A stretch of DNA of 64,000 nucleotides from Dehalococcoidia bacterium. GTDB taxonomy: Bacteria > Chloroflexota > Dehalococcoidia > UBA2979. The translations under genes were made by a program, and so were the position numbers. The notes below the pieces were generated by a model, which was given only the letters and a program-made list of their open reading frames with translations, did not search any database and was not told where the DNA came from. This document shows, piece after piece, positions 47,733 through 56,426 of the stretch (its first letter is position 1; every line of letters starts with the position of its first letter). The stretch covers positions 1,344,001-1,408,000 of the forward strand of contig OZ253555.1 of assembly GCA_965262725.1 (NCBI GenBank), read 5' to 3'.

Positions 47733-48940
47733 GGGTTCTCTGAACAGGTCGCCGCGTCGTTACTGGAGCACATGCACACTCCGATGACTATATGCGATCA
47801 TGGCACTCCTCCGGGAAAGGGGAGCGCTGCCATGCATCAGCCGACATTCGCGAGAGTCGAGTTCGAGCGGGATGGCTACAAGACGCGCCGCCAGAAGTTC
47901 CTCGAACGGCTGGATGGCCTCGTCCCGTGGCAGAGGTTCGAAGCAGCCATCGAGCCCCACTACCCGAAACCGGGCCGCGGGCGGAGGCCCTACCCGCTCT
48001 CCGTGATGCTGCGCATCCATACCGTGCAACTCTGCTACAACCTCAGCGACCCCGGCATGGAGGATCTGCTCCACGAGGCCGAGTCGGTGCGAGCCTTTTG
48101 CTTCCTCACGCTCTCCGAGCCCATCCCCGACGAGACGACGATCCTCAACTTCCGGCACCTGCTCGAGCGCCACTCCCTGGGTAGCAGGATCCTCCAACTC
48201 ATCAACGAGCACCTCACGAGCAAGGGATTGAAGCTGAGCGAGGGCAGCATCGTGGATGCGACCATCATCTCGGCGCCATCGTCGACGAAGAATCGCGGGC
48301 GGGCGCGGGACCCGGAGATGCATCAGACCAAGAAGGGGAAACAGTGGTTCTTCGGGATGAAGCTGCACATCGGCGCCGACAGGGATACTGGACTGGTCCA
48401 CAACTTCACGACCACGCCTGCGAACGTGTCGGACGTGTCTGAGACGCACCGCCTGCTGCACGGCGAGGAAGCCGAGGTCTACGGCGACGCCGGGTACCGG
48501 GGCGTGCAGAAGAGACCCGAGAACGCGGACTCCAGGGTCAAGGACTGGAACGTGGCGATGCGCCCGGGCCTCCGGCGTGCGCTCGACCCGGAGAGTCCTG
48601 AGGCCGTCGAGGAGAAGCGGAAGGCATCGGTGCGAGCGCTGGTGGAGCACCCGTTCTACAGCGTGAAGCGGCGCTTCGGCTACGCCAAGGTGCGGTACCG
48701 GGGTCTCTTCAAGAACCACGAGCGGTGTGCGGTCTTGCTGGGGTTCCACAACCTGCTCACCGCGAAGCCGCACCGTGCCTGACCGTGGGTGGAGTGCGCC
48801 CTCCCCGCCCCACACGGGGCGAGGAGGGGAGCCACAGGGGCCCGCGAGGGGGCGGATATGACCACTGTCATCGGGAATCCGCCTGAGAGCGCCTGACCGC
48901 GGCGAAACTGGGTCGCTAGACCCACCTGATCAGACTTGCC
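47733..48940 (+). mobile_element. IS5-family element, copy 1 (1208 bp)
   Basis: Imperfect TIRs GGGTTCTCTGAACAGGT / ACCTGATCAGACTTGCC; CTAG direct repeats at 47729 and 48941. Confidence 0.93.
47832..48782 (+). CDS. IS5 family transposase
   Basis: PDETTILNFRHLLE, IVDATII.APSSTKN, FGMKLHIG.D, YGDAGY, RALVEHPF. Confidence 0.95.
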   Translation: MHQPTFARVEFERDGYKTRRQKFLERLDGLVPWQRFEAAIEPHYPKPGRGRRPYPLSVMLRIHTVQLCYNLSDPGMEDLLHEAESVRAFCFLTLSEPIPDETTILNFRHLLERHSLGSRILQLINEHLTSKGLKLSEGSIVDATIISAPSSTKNRGRARDPEMHQTKKGKQWFFGMKLHIGADRDTGLVHNFTTTPANVSDVSETHRLLHGEEAEVYGDAGYRGVQKRPENADSRVKDWNVAMRPGLRRALDPESPEAVEEKRKASVRALVEHPFYSVKRRFGYAKVRYRGLFKNHERCAVLLGFHNLLTAKPHRA

Positions 48941-49205
48941 CTAGCAACCACTTGGTAGGGTTCGAGGCTCTCCGCACATGCTGTACCGGCTGGCCAAGGC
49001 ACGACCCACGTTGTGGGGAGCGCTGCATGCCATCTGGTGAAGGGCATCGGTGAGCCGGATGAGGGAGAACCTCACGTCCGGTTCGATGTGGCAGGGGCTG
49101 GAGACGGACGCTGCTATGGCCGTGGAGTTGGGCACCACCGGGAAACCGGCTTGGAACTGATGCGCCACCGCCTACGGCTCGCACCGCGCCAGCCCCTGAC
49201 CCTAC

Positions 49206-49999
49206 ACGACCGTCTGATGACGGCCGTCGAGGAACGGATATGCGACCGCAATCTCCTGAAGCTGGTACGGGCGATGCTGCGTGCCGGTGTGATGGAGTCG
49301 GGGGTCGTGCAGCACAGCGCGACGGGTACGCCGCAGGGCGGGGTGATGTCCCCGCTGCTGGCCAATGTCTACCTGCACCGGTTGGACCGGGACTGGGAGG
49401 CGAAGGGTGATGGCGTGCTGGTGCGCTATGCGGATGACCTCGTGGTGCTCTGCCGGAGCCGGGAGGAAGCGGAGCGGGCGTTGGCCCTGCTGCGTGACCT
49501 GCTGGGTGAGCTCGGACTGGAGCTCAAGGCGGAGAAGACGCGCATCGTGCACCTGCGGGAGGGAGGCGAGGGGCTGGAGTTCCTCGGCTTCGAGCATCGC
49601 TGGGTACGTGCGAAGCGCAACAAGAATATCCAGTTCCTCGCACGCTGGCCCTCACGGCGAGCGATGCAGCGGGCGCGGGACCGCATCCGTGAAATCACGG
49701 CGCGGTTGCGTCTGCTGCTGAGTCCCCGGCAGGTCGTGGAGGAAGTCAATCGCTACCTCCGCGGCTGGATGAGCTACTTCCGCTACGGCAACTCGGCGAG
49801 GGCGTTCGACGTCCTGCACTGGTTTGCCATGTGGAGACTCAAACTCTGGCTGGGGAAGCGGTTGCGTTGGCGGCGACGCCATCGCGGGCACCCGTTTCCC
49901 GTCGCCGACCGTCTGGGGCTCATCTCGCTAGCTGGACAGCGCGTCGTGGCACCACGGCCATATCGACCGTGGCGGGGCACCCCGCATGCCGCCCGGTGA
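49206..49999 (+). CDS. ltrA: Group II intron reverse transcriptase/maturase, 3' part (no En domain)
   Basis: GTPQGGVMSPLLAN.YL, RYADD, FLGF, LRGWMSYF. Confidence 0.92.
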
Positions 50000-50159
50000 A
50001 GGGCATCGGTGAGCCGGATGAGGGAAAACCTCACGTCCGGTTCGAGGCGGCAGGGGCTGGAGACGGACGATGCTACGGCTGTGGAGATGGGCGCCACCGG
50101 GAAACCGGCCTGGCAATATGCGCCACCGCCTACGGCTCGCACCGCGCCAGCCCCTGACC

Positions 50160-51212
50160 CTACTCAAGGATCTGGTCCGCGGACTTGTGCCAGATGAAGG
50201 GCCTCGGATTCTCGTTCCAGCTGGCGACCCACATCTCCACTGAGCGGATCAGATCAGGGACGCTATGGTGCGTGCCGCGCCGGAGCCACTTGCTGGTGAG
50301 CTCTGCAAACCAGCGCTCCACGAGGTTCATCCAGGAGCTGTAGGTCGGCGTGAAATGGAAGGTGAAGCGGGGATGGCGCTGGAGCCAGCGCTGGATGGCG
50401 GGCGTGCGGTGCGTGGAGACGTTGTCGAGCACGACATGCACCGCCAGCTCACGGGGAACGCTTTGGTCGATGAGGGCGAGGAACTGCTGGAACTCCCGAG
50501 CCCGGTGCCGGGGGGTCATCTCCGTGATCACGCATCCCGAGGCGACATCGAGCGCCGCGTAGAGGTTCGTCGTGCCGTGACGGATGTAGTCGTGCGTCTG
50601 GCGGGCGGGGACGCCGGGCATCATCGGCACCGTCGGCGCGGTGCGGTCGAGTGCCTGGATCTGGGTCTTCTCGTCCACGCACAGCACAACCGCCGCGTCG
50701 GGCGGGTTGAGATAGAGCCCGGCCACGTCGCGCACCTTGTCGATGAACTGCGGGTCGGGCGACAGCTTGAAGCTCTCCACGAGGCGCGGCTTCAGGCCGA
50801 AGGCGCGCCAGATCCTGGAGATCCCCGACTGCGACATCCCGAGCGCGGCTGCCATCGATCGGGTCGACCAGTGCGTCGCGTTGGGAGGCTGCTCCTCCAG
50901 CGTCGTGACGATCACCGCTTCCACCTGTGCATCGGCGATCGTGCGCGGCGCCCCGGGGCGCGGCTCATCCTGTAGCCCATCGAGCCGCCCCTGCGCAAAG
51001 CGCCGGCGCCACTTGCCGACGGTGACCGGATGGCAATCGAGCGCCGCGGCGATCGCTTTATTCGATGTCCCCTCGGCCGCTGCCAGGACGATGCGACAGC
51101 GCAGCGCCAGCGCCTGGGCCGATGTCGGCCGGCGCGCCCACCGCTCCAGCGTCTCACGCTCCTCGTCGCTCAGGACGATCGCGACCGTCGGCCGTCCGAT
51201 TCGGATGCTCAT
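50160..51212 (-). CDS. IS630 transposase, C-terminus truncated by the antisense intron
   Basis: HTH region, VDEK / LDN / NLVERWF DDE triad; native tail lies at 46015-45970. Confidence 0.93.
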   Translation of the reverse strand: MSIRIGRPTVAIVLSDEERETLERWARRPTSAQALALRCRIVLAAAEGTSNKAIAAALDCHPVTVGKWRRRFAQGRLDGLQDEPRPGAPRTIADAQVEAVIVTTLEEQPPNATHWSTRSMAAALGMSQSGISRIWRAFGLKPRLVESFKLSPDPQFIDKVRDVAGLYLNPPDAAVVLCVDEKTQIQALDRTAPTVPMMPGVPARQTHDYIRHGTTNLYAALDVASGCVITEMTPRHRAREFQQFLALIDQSVPRELAVHVVLDNVSTHRTPAIQRWLQRHPRFTFHFTPTYSSWMNLVERWFAELTSKWLRRGTHHSVPDLIRSVEMWVASWNENPRPFIWHKSADQILE

Positions 51213-51297
51213 GACACTCCAGAGTCTGCCCCATGGGGCAAAACCCCGCTGTGCCACCATACCCGTTATCTGTCGCTATTACGAATCAGGACACTAG

Positions 51298-52505
51298 GGG
51301 TTCTCTGAACAGGTCGCCGCGTCGTTACTGGAGCACATGCACACTCCGATGACTATATGCGATCATGGCACTCCTCCGGGAAAGGGGAGCGCTGCCATGC
51401 ATCAGCCGACATTCGCGAGAGTCGAGTTCGAGCGGGATGGCTACAAGACGCGCCGCCAGAAGTTCCTCGAACGGCTGGATGGCCTCGTCCCGTGGCAGAG
51501 GTTCGAAGCAGCCATCGAGCCCCACTACCCGAAACCGGGCCGCGGGCGGAGGCCCTACCCGCTCTCCGTGATGCTGCGCATCCATACCGTGCAACTCTGC
51601 TACAACCTCAGCGACCCCGGCATGGAGGATCTGCTCCACGAGGCCGAGTCGGTGCGAGCCTTTTGCTTCCTCACGCTCTCCGAGCCCATCCCCGACGAGA
51701 CGACGATCCTCAACTTCCGGCACCTGCTCGAGCGCCACTCCCTGGGTAGCAGGATCCTCCAACTCATCAACGAGCACCTCACGAGCAAGGGATTGAAGCT
51801 GAGCGAGGGCAGCATCGTGGATGCGACCATCATCTCGGCGCCATCGTCGACGAAGAATCGCGGGCGGGCGCGGGACCCGGAGATGCATCAGACCAAGAAG
51901 GGGAAACAGTGGTTCTTCGGGATGAAGCTGCACATCGGCGCCGACAGGGATACTGGACTGGTCCACAACTTCACGACCACGCCTGCGAACGTGTCGGACG
52001 TGTCTGAGACGCACCGCCTGCTGCACGGCGAGGAAGCCGAGGTCTACGGCGACGCCGGGTACCGGGGCGTGCAGAAGAGACCCGAGAACGCGGACTCCAG
52101 GGTCAAGGACTGGAACGTGGCGATGCGCCCGGGCCTCCGGCGTGCGCTCGACCCGGAGAGTCCTGAGGCCGTCGAGGAGAAGCGGAAGGCATCGGTGCGA
52201 GCGCTGGTGGAGCACCCGTTCTACAGCGTGAAGCGGCGCTTCGGCTACGCCAAGGTGCGGTACCGGGGTCTCTTCAAGAACCACGAGCGGTGTGCGGTCT
52301 TGCTGGGGTTCCACAACCTGCTCACCGCGAAGCCGCACCGTGCCTGACCGTGGGTGGAGTGCGCCCTCCCCGCCCCACACGGGGCGAGGAGGGGAGCCAC
52401 AGGGGCCCGCGAGGGGGCGGATATGACCACTGTCATCGGGAATCCGCCTGAGAGCGCCTGACCGCGGCGAAACTGGGTCGCTAGACCCACCTGATCAGAC
52501 TTGCC
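51298..52505 (+). mobile_element. IS5-family element, copy 2 (appears identical to copy 1)
   Basis: Same ends and 1208-bp length; CTAG direct repeats at 51294 and 52506. Confidence 0.93.
51397..52347 (+). CDS. IS5 family transposase
   Basis: Translation identical to 47832-48782. Confidence 0.95.
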   Translation: MHQPTFARVEFERDGYKTRRQKFLERLDGLVPWQRFEAAIEPHYPKPGRGRRPYPLSVMLRIHTVQLCYNLSDPGMEDLLHEAESVRAFCFLTLSEPIPDETTILNFRHLLERHSLGSRILQLINEHLTSKGLKLSEGSIVDATIISAPSSTKNRGRARDPEMHQTKKGKQWFFGMKLHIGADRDTGLVHNFTTTPANVSDVSETHRLLHGEEAEVYGDAGYRGVQKRPENADSRVKDWNVAMRPGLRRALDPESPEAVEEKRKASVRALVEHPFYSVKRRFGYAKVRYRGLFKNHERCAVLLGFHNLLTAKPHRA

Positions 52506-52536
52506 CTAGAGGGGCGCCCGGAAGGCGGGAGCGGCG

Positions 52537-53637
52537 ATGGGCACCGAGCCGCTGCGGGCGGGACTGATCGGCGCGAGCGCCGAGGGGCGATGGGGCGCGC
52601 TCGCGCACGTTCCGGCGCTTCAGGCGCTCCCCGAATTCGATCTGCGCGCCGTCTGCGCCACCCGGCCCGAGACCGCGCGCGCCTCTCAGCGTGCGTACGG
52701 CGTTCCCCTCGCCTTCCACGATCACCGCGAGCTCGTCGCCCACCCGGAGATCGACGTCGTCGTCATCGCGGTGCGCGTGCCGCACCACGCCGAGCTGACG
52801 CACGCCGCGATTGCCGCCGGCAAGCACGTCGTGACCGAGTGGCCGCTCGCCCGCGATTCCGTCGAGGCGCGGCGGATGCTCGAGGCCGCCGAGGCCTCAG
52901 GCGTGCGCCACGCGGTCGGGCTGCAGGCGCGCACGAGTCCCGCCGTACTCGCCATCCGCGAGCTCGTCGACGGGGGCTTCGTGGGGGAGCCGCTCTCGGT
53001 CTCGGTCCGTCACGTGGCCCCGTTCGCCGGCGGCGGCGGGCGCACGACCGCGGGCGCGTGGGCGTCGCGCCGCTCCGGCGGCGCGACGATGCTCTCGATA
53101 CGCACCGGCCACGACCTCGACATGCTCCGCTTCTGTCTCGGCGAGCCGACCAGGCTCTCGGCCCGCGTGCGGACGCTTCGGCCCTGGCGGCTGACCGACA
53201 CCGGCGAGGAGACAGAGACCGACGCTCCGGACTCGATCCAGGTCACCGCCGAGCTCACGAGCGGAGCCACCGCGTCTCTGCACATCGGCGGCCACCCCGC
53301 GCCCGCGACCGGGTGGCGGATGGAGCTCCACGGCACGGACGGGACGCTCGTGGCGGAGACGCCCGGCCTCGTGCAGTGGGGCGCGATCCGCATCAGTGGC
53401 GCGCGCCGCGGCGAGGAGCTGCGCGAGCTGCCGGTGCCGGGGCGTCACCACTGGGTTCCGGCGGAGGTCCCGCCCGGCGAGCCCTACAACACCGCCCAGC
53501 TGTTGCGCCGCTTCGCCGGGGCGGTGTACGAGGGGCGGGAGATGGATCCGGACTTTCGGACGGCGCTCTCGATGCACGAGCTGCTCGACGCCATCCAGCG
53601 CTCCTCCGACGAGGCGCGGGAGATCGTGCTCGGCTGA
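52537..53637 (+). CDS. Gfo/Idh/MocA family oxidoreductase
   Basis: GLIGAS...AHVPAL, AGKHVVTEWPLA, GHDLD. Confidence 0.9.
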   Translation: MGTEPLRAGLIGASAEGRWGALAHVPALQALPEFDLRAVCATRPETARASQRAYGVPLAFHDHRELVAHPEIDVVVIAVRVPHHAELTHAAIAAGKHVVTEWPLARDSVEARRMLEAAEASGVRHAVGLQARTSPAVLAIRELVDGGFVGEPLSVSVRHVAPFAGGGGRTTAGAWASRRSGGATMLSIRTGHDLDMLRFCLGEPTRLSARVRTLRPWRLTDTGEETETDAPDSIQVTAELTSGATASLHIGGHPAPATGWRMELHGTDGTLVAETPGLVQWGAIRISGARRGEELRELPVPGRHHWVPAEVPPGEPYNTAQLLRRFAGAVYEGREMDPDFRTALSMHELLDAIQRSSDEAREIVLG

Positions 53638-53661
53638 GCCCGGAAGCGGAGGAGGCGACGG

Positions 53662-55239
53662 ATGGGCGCGACGGGAGCGGGCGGTCCGGCCGAGAACACA
53701 CGCACGCTGGTCGTGGCGGCGGAGGCCCTGCCGCTCACCTACGATCCCGACGACTTCCTGACCAGCCACCCGGCCGAGGACTCGGATGTCGCCATCCAGA
53801 TCTTCGATCGACTCCTGACGTACGAGGACGGGGGAGCCGGGCCGGGGCGGAGCCAGGACCTCGGGAGGCTGCGCGGCGAGCTCGCGGAGAGCTGGGAGGT
53901 TCACGACGGCGGGCGGCGGCACGTGCTGCGTCTCCGTCCACTCCGCTCGGAGCACGGCCACACGCTCTCCGCTCAGGACGTCGTCTGGAGCTGGCACCGC
54001 GGCATCGAGCGGCGGCAGGTCGGGCGCTGGGTCGCGTTCATGGGCTCCGTGCCGCGCCGCTGGAGGCCCGGCAGCGAGGTGCGCGCCGTCGACGACGCGA
54101 CCGTCGAGTTCACGCTGGAGAAGCCCAATGCGCTCTTTCCCCATCTCCTGACGATGCAGGTACCGCCGATCATCGACGCGACGGCTGCGGGCTCCCACGC
54201 GACGGAGAGCGATCCGACCGCCGGCGGCTGGCTGCGCGAGGTGGCCTCCGGCTACGGCCCCTACGGTGTGGCGCGGCGCGACGAGCGTGAGCTCGTGCTC
54301 GCGGCCCGCGACGATCGGGGCCTGCCGCCGCCCCCGATCGAGAGCGTCGTCTACCGACTGCTCCCGCCCGGCCGCGACCGCGTCGACGCGCTTGTGGCGG
54401 GCGAGGTCGATCTCATCTTCGAGCCGACCGCGGCGGAGCAGCGCCGGCTGGGCCCGGCCGCGCGGCCGGGCGGTCCCGTCGAGCTCTTCCGCGCGCGGGG
54501 AAACGGGCATGTCTCGCTCCAGATGGACGCGAGGCGCCCTCCCTTCGACGACATCGAGGTGCGGCGCGCCCTCGCCCTCGCCGTGCCCTACGCGGAGATC
54601 GTGAGCGGCGTGTACGGGGCGGCCGCCCGGCCGTGGCGTGGCGTCGTCCCCGACACGCACAACGGGTACGTGGAGGCCGTCGCGCTCGCCGAGGATCTCG
54701 ACGCGAGCCGCGCGGCGCTGGCGCGGGCCGGCCGCACGTCCCTCTCCGCGGTGCTGCACTGCGACGGGGGAGCCGGGGACCTGGTCGCGGTGGCCGAGCG
54801 CGTCGCCGCATCGGCCGCTCGCGCCGGCATCGAGCTCGACGTGCAGCCGCTCCCCACCGGCGACTTCAAGTCGCGGCAGGTCGCCTTCGAGATGCCGCTC
54901 GCCGTCGACCGCGACGGCCACCGCTGCAATGAGATCGGCTACGGACTGCCGCACGACTTCGGCGACCGCCGGCACGGCATCACGAACTGGGTGCAGTACT
55001 CGAACGCCGAGGTCGACACCCTGATCGCCCGCGCCGAGGAGGAGAGCGATGCTGCCTCGCGGATGGCGCTCTTCGAGCGCGCGCAGCACCTCATCGCAGC
55101 GGACGTCCCGTGGGCCTTCCTCGCCCAGCCCTATTTCTGCGTGGCACACCGGAGGGGGCTCGGGGGCCTCTCGTGGCACTCGCGCCTCGGCGGCCACCCC
55201 CGCTACGCCGATCTCTCCTGGTTGGCTGGAGCGGCCTGA
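53662..55239 (+). CDS. ABC family 5 substrate-binding-like protein without a signal peptide
   Basis: LAESWEV, LSAQDVVWS, GYGPY, PFDDIEVRRALALAV, YSNAEVD. Confidence 0.82.
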   Translation: MGATGAGGPAENTRTLVVAAEALPLTYDPDDFLTSHPAEDSDVAIQIFDRLLTYEDGGAGPGRSQDLGRLRGELAESWEVHDGGRRHVLRLRPLRSEHGHTLSAQDVVWSWHRGIERRQVGRWVAFMGSVPRRWRPGSEVRAVDDATVEFTLEKPNALFPHLLTMQVPPIIDATAAGSHATESDPTAGGWLREVASGYGPYGVARRDERELVLAARDDRGLPPPPIESVVYRLLPPGRDRVDALVAGEVDLIFEPTAAEQRRLGPAARPGGPVELFRARGNGHVSLQMDARRPPFDDIEVRRALALAVPYAEIVSGVYGAAARPWRGVVPDTHNGYVEAVALAEDLDASRAALARAGRTSLSAVLHCDGGAGDLVAVAERVAASAARAGIELDVQPLPTGDFKSRQVAFEMPLAVDRDGHRCNEIGYGLPHDFGDRRHGITNWVQYSNAEVDTLIARAEEESDAASRMALFERAQHLIAADVPWAFLAQPYFCVAHRRGLGGLSWHSRLGGHPRYADLSWLAGAA

Positions 55240-55333
55240 GCAGCGATCGGTGCCGAAGCCCGGGCACCGCGGTGGGGTCGCCCCAGGCCGCGGCGCGTGA
55301 GGCGCGGCCCGGATCGCCAGGGGGGACGGTGAC

Positions 55334-56323
55334 GTGCGCGCGCAGCTGCTGGAGCGCCCGGGGCCGGGCGTGGTGCTCCGCGCAGTCGAGCTCCCCGATC
55401 CGTCGGCCCAGGCGGATGAGCTGTTGCTGCGGGTGGCGGCATGCGGCGTCTGCCGGACCGATCTGCAGCTCGCTCGCGGCGACCTCGCCGCGAGGCGGCT
55501 CCCGGTCGTCCCGGGTCACCAGGTCGTCGGCACCGTCGAGGGCGTCGGCTCCGCGGTCGAGGGGTGGCGCGTCGGCGAGCGGGCGGGTGTCACCTGGCTC
55601 GGCGGCTCGTGCGGCCGCTGCGGGCTCTGCCTGGGCGGCCGGGAGAATCTCTGCGAGCGCGCCGTCTTCACCGGGTGGGATCGCAACGGGGGATTCGCGG
55701 AGCGGATGACGGTGCGAGCCGCGTGGGCCGTCCGCCTGCCCGCGGGCTTCGGGGAGGTCGAGGCCGCGCCGCTGCTCTGCGGCGGCGTGATCGGCTACCG
55801 GGCGCTGCGCCTCGCCGGGCTCGAGGCGGGGCAGCGGCTGGGACTCTACGGATTCGGCGCATCGGCGCTGCTCACAATCCAGGTTGCGCTTCACCGCGGC
55901 CTCGACGTGCACGTCGCCACGCGCTCGGCGGACGACCGCGAGCGCGCCCGCGCGCTGGGGGCACGCTCCTGGGGCGGCTACGACGAGGCCCCGCCCGAGC
56001 CGCTGGACGCCGCGATCACGTTCGCGCCGTCGGGCGAGGTCGTGGTCGCGGCGCTCTCGGCGCTCGGGCCCGGCGGGACGGTCGTGGTCAACGCCATCCA
56101 TCTCGATCGGATCCCGGCGTTCCCGTACCGGCTGCTCTGGGGCGAGCGCACGCTGCGCTCGGTCGCGAACGTCACGTCGGCGGATGCGCGCGAGTTCCTG
56201 GAGCTGGCCGCGGCGATCCCCGTCCGCGCGACCGTCGAGGAGCACGCGCTCGCGGGCGCGAACCTCGCGCTCGCGCGTCTCGAGCGGGGCTCCGTCGGAG
56301 GCGCGGCGGTGCTCGTGCCCTGA
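55334..56323 (+). CDS. Zinc-dependent alcohol dehydrogenase family protein
   Basis: CGVCRTD, GHQVVG, CGRCGLC..GRENLC, LLCGGVIG. Confidence 0.93.
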   Translation: MRAQLLERPGPGVVLRAVELPDPSAQADELLLRVAACGVCRTDLQLARGDLAARRLPVVPGHQVVGTVEGVGSAVEGWRVGERAGVTWLGGSCGRCGLCLGGRENLCERAVFTGWDRNGGFAERMTVRAAWAVRLPAGFGEVEAAPLLCGGVIGYRALRLAGLEAGQRLGLYGFGASALLTIQVALHRGLDVHVATRSADDRERARALGARSWGGYDEAPPEPLDAAITFAPSGEVVVAALSALGPGGTVVVNAIHLDRIPAFPYRLLWGERTLRSVANVTSADAREFLELAAAIPVRATVEEHALAGANLALARLERGSVGGAAVLVP

Positions 56324-56426
56324 GCGGGGGCTTCCGTCGCTGCGCGTCGGGGGTGGGAGCGCGGGGCGCGCGGCGGCCGGTGCCGGCTGCTACCATCGCG
56401 CCTCGCGAAGTGCGGGGAGCCGGGAC

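Larger units (their letters stand above)
47132..49205 (+). mobile_element. Inner ORF-less group II intron inserted in the RT gene (twintron)
   Basis: 5' GTGCG, domain V 49052-49084, 3' CCCTAC; removal gives in-frame ESIP-H-DRLM; highly similar to the outer intron RNA. Confidence 0.92.
46016..50163 (+). mobile_element. Outer group II intron (RT-encoding)
   Basis: 5' GTGTG, domain V 50011-50043 (GAGCCGGATG...CGTCCGGTTC), 3' CCCTAC; its removal restores the IS630 transposase frame ILD-NLAGYLERIPESGH*. Confidence 0.93.
45973..51294 (-). mobile_element. IS630-family element (1174 bp native) carrying the nested group II introns
   Basis: TIRs GTGTCCCGATTC (45973) / GAATCAGGACAC (51283-51294), flanking TA duplication, transposase inside. 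Confidence 0.9.

Noticed and set aside
49013-49205. N-terminal extension of ORF 49013-49999
   Set aside because: It is a translation of intron domains V-VI, not protein
46016-50163. The inner intron with IS5 (2074 nt) equals the outer intron without it (2074 nt)
   Set aside because: The parts have independent origins and no mechanism is apparent; treated as coincidence
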